From Albugo candida (Eukaryota), in contig JBDOQK010000065.1 in the NCBI GenBank assembly GCA_040437565.1, positions 1 through 64,000 of the forward strand: DNA of 64,000 nucleotides, read 5' to 3'. A program made the translations under genes and the position numbers. The notes beneath the pieces were generated by a model that saw only the letters and a list, made by a program, of their open reading frames with translations, did no database searches and was not told the DNA's origin. Positions within the stretch are counted from its first letter, which is position 1. Each line of letters begins with the position of its first letter. Below, piece after piece: positions 48,069-58,645 of the stretch.

Positions 48069-49731
48069 ATGGCAACAAGTGAATTGGCTGCAATTCTAGC
48101 ACGTCGCCGTGCCAAAGATGGATCACCGGCTGTTCACGCTTCTCCAGACTGCGGGGAAAGTGTATCTGAAGCAATGTCTTCGAATACGGGAAAGAAGTCA
48201 GTCGAGTTGCCGTCCTACTTGGCTTCAAATACGCTAAAAACTGCAAACATAAGCACGCATACCGATTCATCCACTATTCCATCACCAATGAAGGAACAGG
48301 AAGCTCGTATTACCACTCCTTCGTTACAAAAGAGCTCACGCGATGGGGCTAAAGTGCAACAGCTAAAACAAAATCTCGCGGGCATTGGATTGAATCCCTT
48401 TCGTCCCGGGTAACTCTATCCTTACAAATTATCACTTTTTTGATGTATGCGCTTTAGAGCGCCTCCTCCTCGAAAATTTGGCGGTGGCGAAAGTATAATG
48501 ACAACCGGAGAAGAGTATGCTCGAACGCATGCCATGGGGATTGCGATGCCAGGAATGGGTTCGGCGATTCCAATGCCTGGTTTGGCGAAAATGGGGGTGC
48601 GACTTCCAGGATTTGCACATGGTAGCAGCGAAAGTACAGAAGAAGTAGAAGCAGCGAGGGGCACAATTGATGACATGTCACATGTATGGTAGTATCCTCT
48701 CAGTTTCTTGCAGCAGCTTCTGATTAAATATCATAGGATACTCTCACTAGAGCAGTCGGTCCCAAGCGTAGAGCTCCAACCACAAGAACAGCTGTGCCGA
48801 CTACTTTCCCAGTGAGTCATTGTCCGCTTTAGACCAGGAGCAACTCTCACCTATTTTATGATAGAATATCGACAATGCAAGCAGTGATATAGAGGCAGCT
48901 CACCAGTGTTCAAACGCGGAAACAAATGAGTTTGTAGAGGGTTATGTGTCACCAGATGCTATGACTCGACAGTCTGCCAGTGAGGCTGAAGATCGCACGC
49001 AGCTAGACGAATCTTCTCAGAAATCTAATGCTTTCGAATCACGTGAATGTGCACAAAGCACGGTACCAGTCAGCAAACTGGGAGACGAAAACGCTGAAAT
49101 GTCCCCATCCAGTTTATTTTGCCATGAAGTATCGAATCTTCCAACCGTATCGGAACCCGAACAATTCATCGAACCAGCGCAAGCCGAACTTTTGCCGATA
49201 ACGACTCCCTCAGACCACAACATGCACAACTTAGTTGTGCCTACTGTTCAATCACCGAAAGAAGCGGTCCCTGCAGCATTGAAGGACAAGGCGAGCGATA
49301 GTGACTGGAGCGAAGATGAAGACGAAGAAGCTTCTTCTCTCTTTGGATACTCAAACATGGAACCAAAAAACGAAGACAACAAGCCGTCAAGTCCACATCC
49401 TTTATCCCCAAGTTTTTCACCGGGAAGCACTGGCAACGCAGCAAGCCTGTTTGGAAATGACATTCCTCAATCTCCAATATGCACGCCTACAATTTCCAAA
49501 GTTGATGAAATCGAAGGACTGGAAGAATCGGCTGGATCAGAGAGGAGCTCAAGCATCTCTATTGAAGCGAAGAGCACGGAGACTCAGAATGGTTTGAAAA
49601 TATGCTCGGCCGCATACATTTGCAATCCACCAAACCCGATTTTCGGCCTTGATTACATTGATGAGGAGAGTGGTGATGAAAGCGACGATGAAGAAGGTTT
49701 ATTCGGCACCGGATTTCCGACATTAAGCTAA
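48069..49731 (+). CDS. CapZIP/FAM21-like disordered actin regulator with a CPI motif, multi-exon
   Basis: Introns at ~48410-48457 and 48684-48736. The spliced MSHDTLTRAVGPKRRAP matches the CPI consensus. Acidic LF motifs EDEEASSLFG and SDDEEGLFG. Confidence 0.65.
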
Positions 49732-50139
49732 TGGAAAAATAAAAATTCTCTGTATTGGTGTGTACCACATGTATGTAAAGAAAACCGGTATGATGTCGCC
49801 ATAAGGGGACTCAATCACGCCGACTCTATATACTGACATCCGCGAGCGCAGCAAAAGAGTCGATTTGTATTCAGTACACAACGCTACCGAATTGGAACTT
49901 TTCTGTGTGCTTGAATCTCATCCTTTCATATTGAGAGAGGTTTCTTTTACCTGAAAATCACCGTTGTATTGCCAATTTCGCAGTGCGTAACCACTCGCTT
50001 GTACAAAGGCGGTGAAAAGGTCCGCAAATATCTGATTCGACATCATATCGTCGACGGTACATTGTGACGAATAATACGATCTCTCCGATAGTGAATTATC
50101 TGTAATTGTCGTATTCTTAGCGGAGAGGCATTTTGAAGA

Positions 50140-53100
50140 ATGCCACGTCACAGCTTTGACGACGACGATGACAATCTATTACTTGCATTGCAGAATATCG
50201 AACCTTGTGGGAATTGTGGTGCCGATGGCGCCAGACTTCCTTGTATGAGTGGCTGTGGAGAAGTTTTCTACTGCTCAAGAGTAAGCCTTGCAGTGAAGTA
50301 ACATACTTTCGTTGAGACTCACACAAGGTTGGATGTTGATAGGAATGTATGATGCATCATGCGTCAGCGCATCGCTTACGATGCCGAAATCTCAGATGTT
50401 CGAAATTTAATGACTCCGATTGTAAGGAACCTTCACGAATGATCCATGTGGAGACTTATACGCACTTTGTAGCTGGATCAGGATCAAGCGATGACGATGA
50501 GATTTCAGATTCTGAAGAGTATGAGACGGATTCTGGTGAAGAAGAAAGTGTGGAGAAAGTGTATGAGGAGGTGAAAAAGAATGATAAGGCGAAGAAGAAA
50601 AAAGGAAAAAATAACAGTCGAAAGCCAACTCGAGAATCCGATGCGAATTATGATCGAGATACCGGTGATGCAGTAAGTGCTCGCATGCAAGGAATGTGGA
50701 AGCTACTGTCTGATTTCTTTCGCAGAGGGTCATTGGTGTCGATGCAGAAGCAGAACGAAGAATTGAAGAGAAGATCCTACGCCNNNNNNNNNNNNNNNNN
50801 NNNNNNNNNNNNNNNNNNNNNNNNNNNNNNNNNNNNNNNNNNNNNNNNNNNNNNNNNNNNNNNNNNNNNNNNNNNNNNNNNNNAATTATGATCGAGATAC
50901 CGGTGATACAGTAAGTGCTCGCATGCAAGGAATGTGGAAGCTACTGTCTGATTTTTTTCGCAGAGGGTCATTGGTGTCGATGCAGAAGCAGAACGAAGAA
51001 TTGAAGAGAAGATCCTACGCCGACTGAGAAAACAAGAGGAGAGTCGTATTGCGACTGCTATAGAACAACGTATGAAGGAGGAGAAAGCGAACTGGAGGGA
51101 TGAAGAAATGAATCGCATTATTATCGACATGCGGGAACGTATACAAAGAGAAATGAAAAATGCGACAACGCTTGTCGCGATGGCCAAGAAGAATGGCGTA
51201 TCACTGGAAACACTGGTCAGTTCTGATATCGTCCAGAAACCAAACACCGAGAAGTCGGCAGACTCACATGAGGCGGAAACCGTTGCCCCCAAAGTGTCTC
51301 AAGCTAGCTTTTCCAGATCAGAATCACGTACAAGTGGAAACGAAGGATTGACCGTAATCCCTCGACCTATCAAGTCACCTACCTGGAACAACTCATGTGC
51401 AGCGTTTGAGGCATTACGTGTTGTTGTATGGAAGCACAGTTTCTTACCTGATGTTTCTTTCGACTCTGATGTCGAAAGCGGTATCTGGAACAAGATTGTC
51501 AAAGTTGATGCAGACAGCTCCTTTAGTCACATCGTACCCGGCGACTTTTTGCTGTTTGTAAATGGGAGACCGATCGACTCTACCGTTCGTTCTGAAGATG
51601 ACTTGGATGACGTTTTTGCCGCATTTGCATCACCTTTGGTTCTGAAATTTAGAGCAAGTAATCCACACAATGGCACAGTACAGGATTACAGTGTGACGTG
51701 GTCCAATGGGCCATTGGGAGTTACATTAAAGGATGATTGCACCAGTGATAAAGTACCAATTGTGAACAGACTGACAAAGAAAGCGGGATCTGTCGCTGTG
51801 AAGCAAAACATTGCGATAGGCGACATTCTTGTAGCCATCAACAACATTGACACAATCCAATTAGGATGCTCTTTGTCAATGTCAATTCTGAAAAAGGTTC
51901 AATTACCAGCACAATTGAGATTTCGAGGCAAAGGTGGGCCTATGAACGATACAAATGGCGTCGATGAACCCGAAATAACATCGAGTACTTCAAAGAAACG
52001 TGTTCCAGAAAGAAAGGCTTCGTCCAGTTCAGCCACCTCACATCCATCTCATTACACTGTTCGATGGGACCAAGGACCACTCGGCTTGACCATCATACCG
52101 GGCTTGACGCAACATGATTTGCCAGTGATCAAGAAAGTGACTGGAACGGGGACATCCAAAGGTATCGAAGAAGCGCAAGTTGGTGATTTCCTTGTGTCAA
52201 TGAACGACACGTACACCGAGTCGATGCCGTTTGAGGATATTGTTGCATACTTGAAATCAACTTCAAAGCCCGTCATACTTCGATTTCGTACAGCAACGGA
52301 AGAAGATGCGATTCGTCCAAGCACAGAGATATTGGCTCAGAATATGAGGGATTGTCTGGCAGTCAATTCGAATTCGAATGATGCAGCATACGTACAGCAC
52401 GATCAATCTCCGAATGATAAGAAAAGCTCCAAGTCATCACAGAAACATCATCACTCCACATCAGGCACCGCTGTTGAAGTCGAGAGAGCACCACTTATAC
52501 CTGCATTTGCTCATTCAGATTCTTTGCGAGTGAAAGAAATCAAGAGAGATGAATACAGTGTGAAATGGGGAGCGGGGTCTTTGGGTCTCACGATCGATAT
52601 GATTCCCCATAGCACTGGAGCTTACATTAAGCGAATTGCATCTCATGGAGCCGCCGCGCACCTGACAAATAATTGTCTGGGCGATGAGCTGACACGGATC
52701 AATGAAATGGATGTGCGCTCATGGGAATTTCCGGATATCGTATCTCAATTAAAAACAGCACCACGACCGATGACTCTCCATTTTGTTCATTCCAATCGAA
52801 GCTCACTTTCCGCGTCATGCATGTCATCTACTTCATCCAAGCCGTCTCTACCCGGAGGCGAGCGACATTCAGATGCTTACTCATTAAACACGTCAATAGT
52901 ATCTGCTCCTTCAACTCGAAGTGATATCTCGAAGCGATACTACAACCTCGTCTGGCAGGATGGATTGCCACTCGGCTTATCTTTGAGAAGCGCAGACACC
53001 ACATCACAGTACCCCTACATCACTCGTGTAACAGGAACGGGTTCCGCATCTCATCTACCCGCCACAGTAAGCGGTGATGCACTCATTTCAGTCGATGGTC

Positions 53101-53540
53101 GAAGTGTTCACGAGCAAGATAAAACGTTTGACGAAGTGATGACGATGCTTAGGAGCATGCCAAAGCCGCTCAACTTGCGTTTCGAAGCTCGTGGAATCAC
53201 ACCTCGTTGTGCGTCATCATCCAATCTTGCAGGGAACCGTAAACATCAACGACCTGTAATAGAGACACCTCCGAGGAAAGAATCGACTGACGACGCTGCG
53301 TCTTGGAGACAGCAACATCGTGCTCCAAATTTCGTCTCCACATTTAGCGGTGGATTTGCTGCCAGCTCGTCTTCGCTGTCGAAATCGAGTGATACACTAA
53401 GCAGCAGCTCCATCGATCACACTTCGGGCAGTCCGAACACAGAGGGAGAAAAATTTACAAACATTCAGGCACCTTTTCTTGTGCAAAACAAATTGTCAAC
53501 AAATCGACGTCAAAAAATGCTCAAAGGTTTGCGGAAATAA
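50140..53540 (+). CDS. MYND-type zinc finger + coiled coil + five PDZ-like domains
   Basis: Exon 1 CGNCGADGARLPCMSGCGEVFYCSR, intron 50281-50343, then ECMMHHASAHRLRC. ORF 51072-53540 has repeated Y.V.W..G.LG.T...GD.L..(I/V)N...P..L.F units. Spans the gap at 50784-50883. Confidence 0.8.
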
Positions 53541-53945
53541 TTGGATGGATGTGTGCGGATGCGATGTAGAAGCACATCAATCACACGGGGTTGACTTCAG
53601 ACCGATCGCAGGGACAGGCGGTGTGGATTCAGAAGTACGGTTGAAATGCCGTAGTATTTAGATCTTATAGGTGGCGAGTTTACGACTTGTGGGATTATGG
53701 AAAGCTGTTTGATGGTTTTGGTTTGTTACAACCGATGCAATAAATACATTATTAGGATTACGAAGATGTGAAAAGGCTGGCGATTGCAATAAGTCATTGT
53801 CCGTTCCAAAAAAAGTAATCAAAATGATCTTCCTGCTCGCTGATGCTGTGAAGATTGGGGCATGGTTGTGTGGTGTTGTAACAGCAATACGTCTCACTGA
53901 AAGTATTCCGAGCGCTGTTTCTTCTAGTTGGCAATCACTGAATAG

Positions 53946-54311
53946 TTACTCATCAGACTGAAAAGTAATACATTTTGTAGGCACTCTCACCGATTTATTT
54001 TCTCGTTGAACTGATTCTTCTGACGTACGCGATGAAATCGCCCAATTTGAGCTTCTTTTTGAATCTCGTGTAGCTCCCGCTTTGGCCTCCTTGCGTAAAT
54101 CTTTGACAACAGCGGCGAGAGCTTCGGGATTGACTCCTTTCTGAAGGAGTGCCATTAGTATAGCGAGAGTTTCACGGTCCAATCCTGTGTTGAGTAATTG
54201 CGATAGTTCATATACAGCTATAAAGAAAGGGTATATATCAATGGCTCGCATTTCAAAGGGTTTACAGATGAACGCACTTTTCATGACTTCATGGCGATCT
54301 GTCGAACTCAT
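53946..54311 (-). CDS. MZT1: Mitotic-spindle organizing protein 1 (MOZART1)
   Basis: [42 protein letters not shown]. Probable short intron near the 5' end. Confidence 0.88.
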   Translation of the reverse strand: MSSTDRHEVMKSAFICKPFEMRAIDIYPFFIAVYELSQLLNTGLDRETLAILMALLQKGVNPEALAAVVKDLRKEAKAGATRDSKRSSNWAISSRTSEESVQRENKSVRVPTKCITFQSDE

Positions 54312-54556
54312 TGTGGGGACTTTTGTGACAATTTAGACAGTTGACTTAGACATTCCAGACAATGCAGACATGCATTGCTAGATTGACATAGCATTAACAG
54401 CCAATCTACTCGCTTTCATATTTAAGCAANNNNNNNNNNNNNNNNNNNNNNNNNNNNNNNNNNNNNNNNNNNNNNNNNNNNNNNNNNNNNNNNNNNNNNN
54501 NNNNNNNNNNNNNNNNNNNNNNNNNNNNNCTACTCGCTTTCATATTTAAGCAAATC

Positions 54557-56432
54557 ATGATCCAGTATTCATCCCCGATGCCGAGCCTCAAAAGTGATGC
54601 AAAACGAAGCACACGTATTGATAAAGATGTGAAAACGCGAGCTCAGCATAGCAAAATCATTTCAATATTGTATGATTGCATGTGGAGCTATCGCTACTAT
54701 CCATATCTGGCGGTATTACTACTCCTGTTCGAAGCGATTATAGGATATATAATTATTCATCGTGTTCCATGTCGGTGACCTATCCAATGCTGCGTCCAGT
54801 ACTGACCCTGTAGCTGTATTGACATTTCAATAGACACTGAAATCGACTGGAAAGCATATATGCAGCAAGTAGAAATGTTCAAAGCGGGCGAACGCGACTA
54901 CAGTAATATACGCGGGAGTACAGGGCCATTAGTGTACCCTGCAGGGTTTTTGTATATCTTCGCATTGCTTCATTCCTTCACTGAAAATGGAGAGAATTTA
55001 TATCGGGGTACGAGATATAATTGAGGCTATATACAGCACTAATTGGGTCACTTTTTGTCAGCTCAAATGATCTTTTTGGGGTTCTACTTGTGTACACTGG
55101 CCACAGTGATGGCCATCTACTACCGAGCACGTGTTCTTCCACCATGGGGACTCATATTTCTATGTCTCTCAAAACGTCTCCATTCCATTTATCTTCTTCG
55201 TTTATTTAATGATGGCGTCGCTATGATGCTTCTTTATATTGCAATTTACCAGTTTGTTCGACAGAGATGGCGGATTGGATGCTGCTTGTTCAGCTGTTCG
55301 GTGTCTGTGAAAATGAATTGCTTGTTGTTCGCTCCAGCACTTTTCTTCCTCTTACTTCAGTCTTGTGGGTTCTTACGCACGTTGGGATACATAACAATGT
55401 GTGGAGTTATCCAGGCAAGTATTGAAGTTACGTGCTGAATGCCGCAGTCTGTTCTCAATCGATATGTAGGTGGCACTAGCACTTCCGTTCATCCGTCAGA
55501 ACGCATACAGCTATTTGTCGAAAGCATTTGATTTTGACCGTGTTTTCATGTACAAATGGACAGTCAATTGGAAGTTTTTGCCGGAGGAAATTTTCATATC
55601 AAAAGCTCTCGCAGTTGGTTTATTGTGTGCCCATTTTGTATTCTTACTACTGTTCTTGGACAAGCATTTTAATATTTTGGGCACATTTAAGGCCGTGATG
55701 CATCGACCATGGAAAATATATGAGCCATTCCCCATCCAGTCGGAAGTCATTGTGACCACTCTATTTGTATGCAACTTTGTTGGGGTCTGCTTTGCTCGTA
55801 CTATGCACTACCAATTCTACGCGTGGTATTATCTGTCATTACCATATCTCTTATGGAAAGCCAATATGCCGCTGATTTTCAAGGTCAAAGTACTGCTTAT
55901 GACGGAGTATGCTTTCAACACTTTTCCTGCGACACCTACAAGCTCAATGATATTGCAAATGGTGAATCTATTCACATTGATATCACTTTACTGCAGCGAT
56001 GACACTACTCGGTGTGTTGTTTATTTGGACGCAGATGCTCGACTCAATCTGATCAACTACGTCAATGAGGAATGTTTCGATGGTTCTCGGCAACTCGCAT
56101 TGTACTATGGCAGCGTCACTGAAGATCTAGCAGAAGGTTCGCGCGTCGTTTCTATCGATGAACGTGAGGTTGTGCTGAGTCTCCCGCAATTGCGTTTGAC
56201 TTTGGCTATTGGATTTGGAAGTAGTGCACCAGTGTCGACCGAAGGTTACGGAAGACAGGTCTTAAAAGGTATGCTTCGTGAAGCTGCTGATGGGATTTCC
56301 GCTGGAGATACAATGGGAAAGCTTGTGAGTCGCCAGTGGCTTAAGAAGGAGAGCGGTCAAAGCGCCAACTCACCAGTAGAGAGCTCGTCGTTGCAATCCT
56401 CTAATCTTCGGCATCGATCCGTTCAACCGTGA
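54557..56432 (+). CDS. ALG3: Dol-P-Man:Man5GlcNAc2-PP-Dol alpha-1,3-mannosyltransferase with an extra C-terminal domain, multi-exon
   Basis: Spliced RVP(Y)TEIDWKAYMQQV...GSTGPLVYPAGF, SKRLHSIYLLRLFND, SVKMN, YKWTVNWKF and FARTMHYQFYAWY. Confidence 0.93.
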
Positions 56433-56979
56433 TACATTGCCGCAACATTGTGACATTTTGGTGATTTGAGGCGCTACTTACACGAATTATCCACCGAATG
56501 TCGATGAATAAATGTAGCAATCGAGCGTTCTCTGCCGTCAAAGTAATCGTTTTCTAACGTTGCTGATAGTTTGAATGACTGGCTTGTGACAGAGAATTAT
56601 CAGACTCATTCTTTAGGCAGTGTTTCATTGTGCATTACAGGCTTCTGTTAGCACTACCGTGAGCGCCAGCCTTTCTATAGAGCCAGAAGCTGAGGTTGTA
56701 GTTATACGATAAGAATTCTCAAAGTCTTAGGGTATCGGATGTCACCAGAGCCGATGCCTTTCCGTCTTCTTGAAAAGTCGATTTGCGTGTGAAGCACTTT
56801 CAAATCTTATCGGAGCAATCAGAGGCAGAATTTTCTGCTTTTGATCATTTTTGTCATTCTCATACGACAAAAACATCGCAACACAAAAGACCGGATTCAA
56901 GCGTCGCATTTTCACGACTATTCACTCTTATTACCGACAAATACCTTTTCATTATCGCTTTAAAGACCAAACTGCTGCG

Positions 56980-58563
56980 ATGAAAGAAAGTGTTCATCAG
57001 CGTAATATCAACGAAATCAACAAATTAGATGGGTATGACTTTATCATTGTATGCACATCCACTCCGCATCAGGCGTCATACTGGCAACATCGTCTTATGG
57101 CGACACGAGGATGCATATCGCCTTTGCGATCTCGCGTTATAGCTGTGCACGAAGACTGGCTTGGAGGAGCAGGGAATGGATTAGGAACGCTTTATGCGTA
57201 TCTAAAAGCAGTCATTGCTGGACGCGAATTATACGATGTCGATTTATCGCAACTTTTGGCGCAAGGAACAGTCAGTATCGCTTTATATCATACCGCAGGG
57301 AAGGGGACGCGTTTAGCACCATTACCTGGAAGCGAGAATAATAATAAATCGGGCGTCAAACTTCCAGCGATGGTCCAAGTTGGATCACACATGTTACCGA
57401 TGACGATACTGGAAGCTGTTATCAAGCAGACGGGAGTCTATGGAGCTAGTAGACGTGGACGTTTGTCTGTGTTTTGGGGCGATCAAGTATTCATTCCATC
57501 TGCTGCAGTCAAATACACACCAAAACATCACATTGATATTCTTGCGGCATTGGCACCCATGCCGTCTGAAAAAGAGTGGAAGGAGAAAGAACTCGATAAA
57601 TATGGATTGATTGCTGTGAATCAAAAGTGTCAAGCCGCACAAGTTGACAAGGTCACGTATGACACAGCTACACGGCTACTTTCTTCGTTGGGAGAATTGA
57701 GGTCTGTCGGCACATCACTCGGCTCCTTCAGTGTTGATGCCGATATGTTGTTTGCTTTACTTGCAGAATTTGAACCGGAATTGCGTTCTAAAAATGGGAA
57801 ATTAGACAGCGATCCGCATTTTTGGATGCCGCTCACATTGACAGTTTCAGCTTATGTGGAGGTCATGCGCCAGAAAGGTATCGATGCCAACAAATCAGAA
57901 TTACACTTCACACGTATTCAGAAGATGCTCCATGAGTTTGAAAAAACAGCAAGTAGGAAGGATTATGGTCTATTTGGATGTGTAGATGTCGGGAGTGATG
58001 TCTACTGGTGGGATTATGGACAGCTCAAGCTGTACCTGAAGAATAATTGTCTTGTCACCAAATTCGGTGTGGAAGCCGATTGCTTACGATCTTTCTTGGG
58101 AATCAGTGAGTGTATTGAGCAAAGTAAACTCGGAGTATGCACCGATATCGACCACTCTGCAATACTGAATTGTCAAATCTCCTCCGGTGTGATCAAGAAT
58201 AGCGTATTGAGCACCGTTGTTGCTCGAGAAGTGAACGCAGAAGGATCTATTTTGATGAATGTCACCGCGCACTCAATTCAAGCGCGCCGTTGTGTTGTTT
58301 ATAATGTCACAAGCGCTGAAGCAAGCGGATTGAATCTATCGGAAGGAACTGTTTTGGTCGGAGTACTCTTACCGAGCGGAGAGAAAGTTGTTATGCAGTC
58401 CAATTTAGAGGTGTGTGGCGGAAAAGCCTGGAAGGATACACTCGAAGTCAATAAGCATTCGTTCGAAGCTATTTATGAATTAAATGCTCATGCAAATGTC
58501 TTGGAGCTCGAAGAACTGCTTCAAAATGAGCACCTGAAACTACGGAATGTAGTCTTGGCGTGA
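56980..58563 (+). CDS. Sugar-1-phosphate nucleotidyltransferase-like protein (FPGT/GlgC-like fold)
   Basis: HTAGKGTRLAPL, FWGDQVF, YWWDYGQ and a C-terminal hexapeptide-like region (NCQISSGVIKNSVL). Start at 56980 is assumed; the ORF is open from 56851. Confidence 0.7.
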   Translation: MKESVHQRNINEINKLDGYDFIIVCTSTPHQASYWQHRLMATRGCISPLRSRVIAVHEDWLGGAGNGLGTLYAYLKAVIAGRELYDVDLSQLLAQGTVSIALYHTAGKGTRLAPLPGSENNNKSGVKLPAMVQVGSHMLPMTILEAVIKQTGVYGASRRGRLSVFWGDQVFIPSAAVKYTPKHHIDILAALAPMPSEKEWKEKELDKYGLIAVNQKCQAAQVDKVTYDTATRLLSSLGELRSVGTSLGSFSVDADMLFALLAEFEPELRSKNGKLDSDPHFWMPLTLTVSAYVEVMRQKGIDANKSELHFTRIQKMLHEFEKTASRKDYGLFGCVDVGSDVYWWDYGQLKLYLKNNCLVTKFGVEADCLRSFLGISECIEQSKLGVCTDIDHSAILNCQISSGVIKNSVLSTVVAREVNAEGSILMNVTAHSIQARRCVVYNVTSAEASGLNLSEGTVLVGVLLPSGEKVVMQSNLEVCGGKAWKDTLEVNKHSFEAIYELNAHANVLELEELLQNEHLKLRNVVLA

Positions 58564-58645
58564 TTCGAGAGTCATAGCAGTAACACCAAATAAAGTGACA
58601 CGTTAGTTAAGGCGATGTTGTATCTGTCTAAAAAATCGCATAGTT

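Larger units (their letters stand above)
950..54529. other. Ten 100-N scaffold gaps: 950-1049, 13539-13638, 18107-18206, 21247-21346, 24345-24444, 27625-27724, 31590-31689, 43578-43677, 50784-50883, 54430-54529
   Basis: Direct observation. Most gaps have the sequence before the gap repeated after it, sometimes with 1-2 differences. Confidence 0.98.

Noticed and set aside
50646..51022. Internal repeat and apparent break in the MYND-PDZ gene
   Set aside because: Gap-flanking overlap with 2 substitutions; merging restores one frame.
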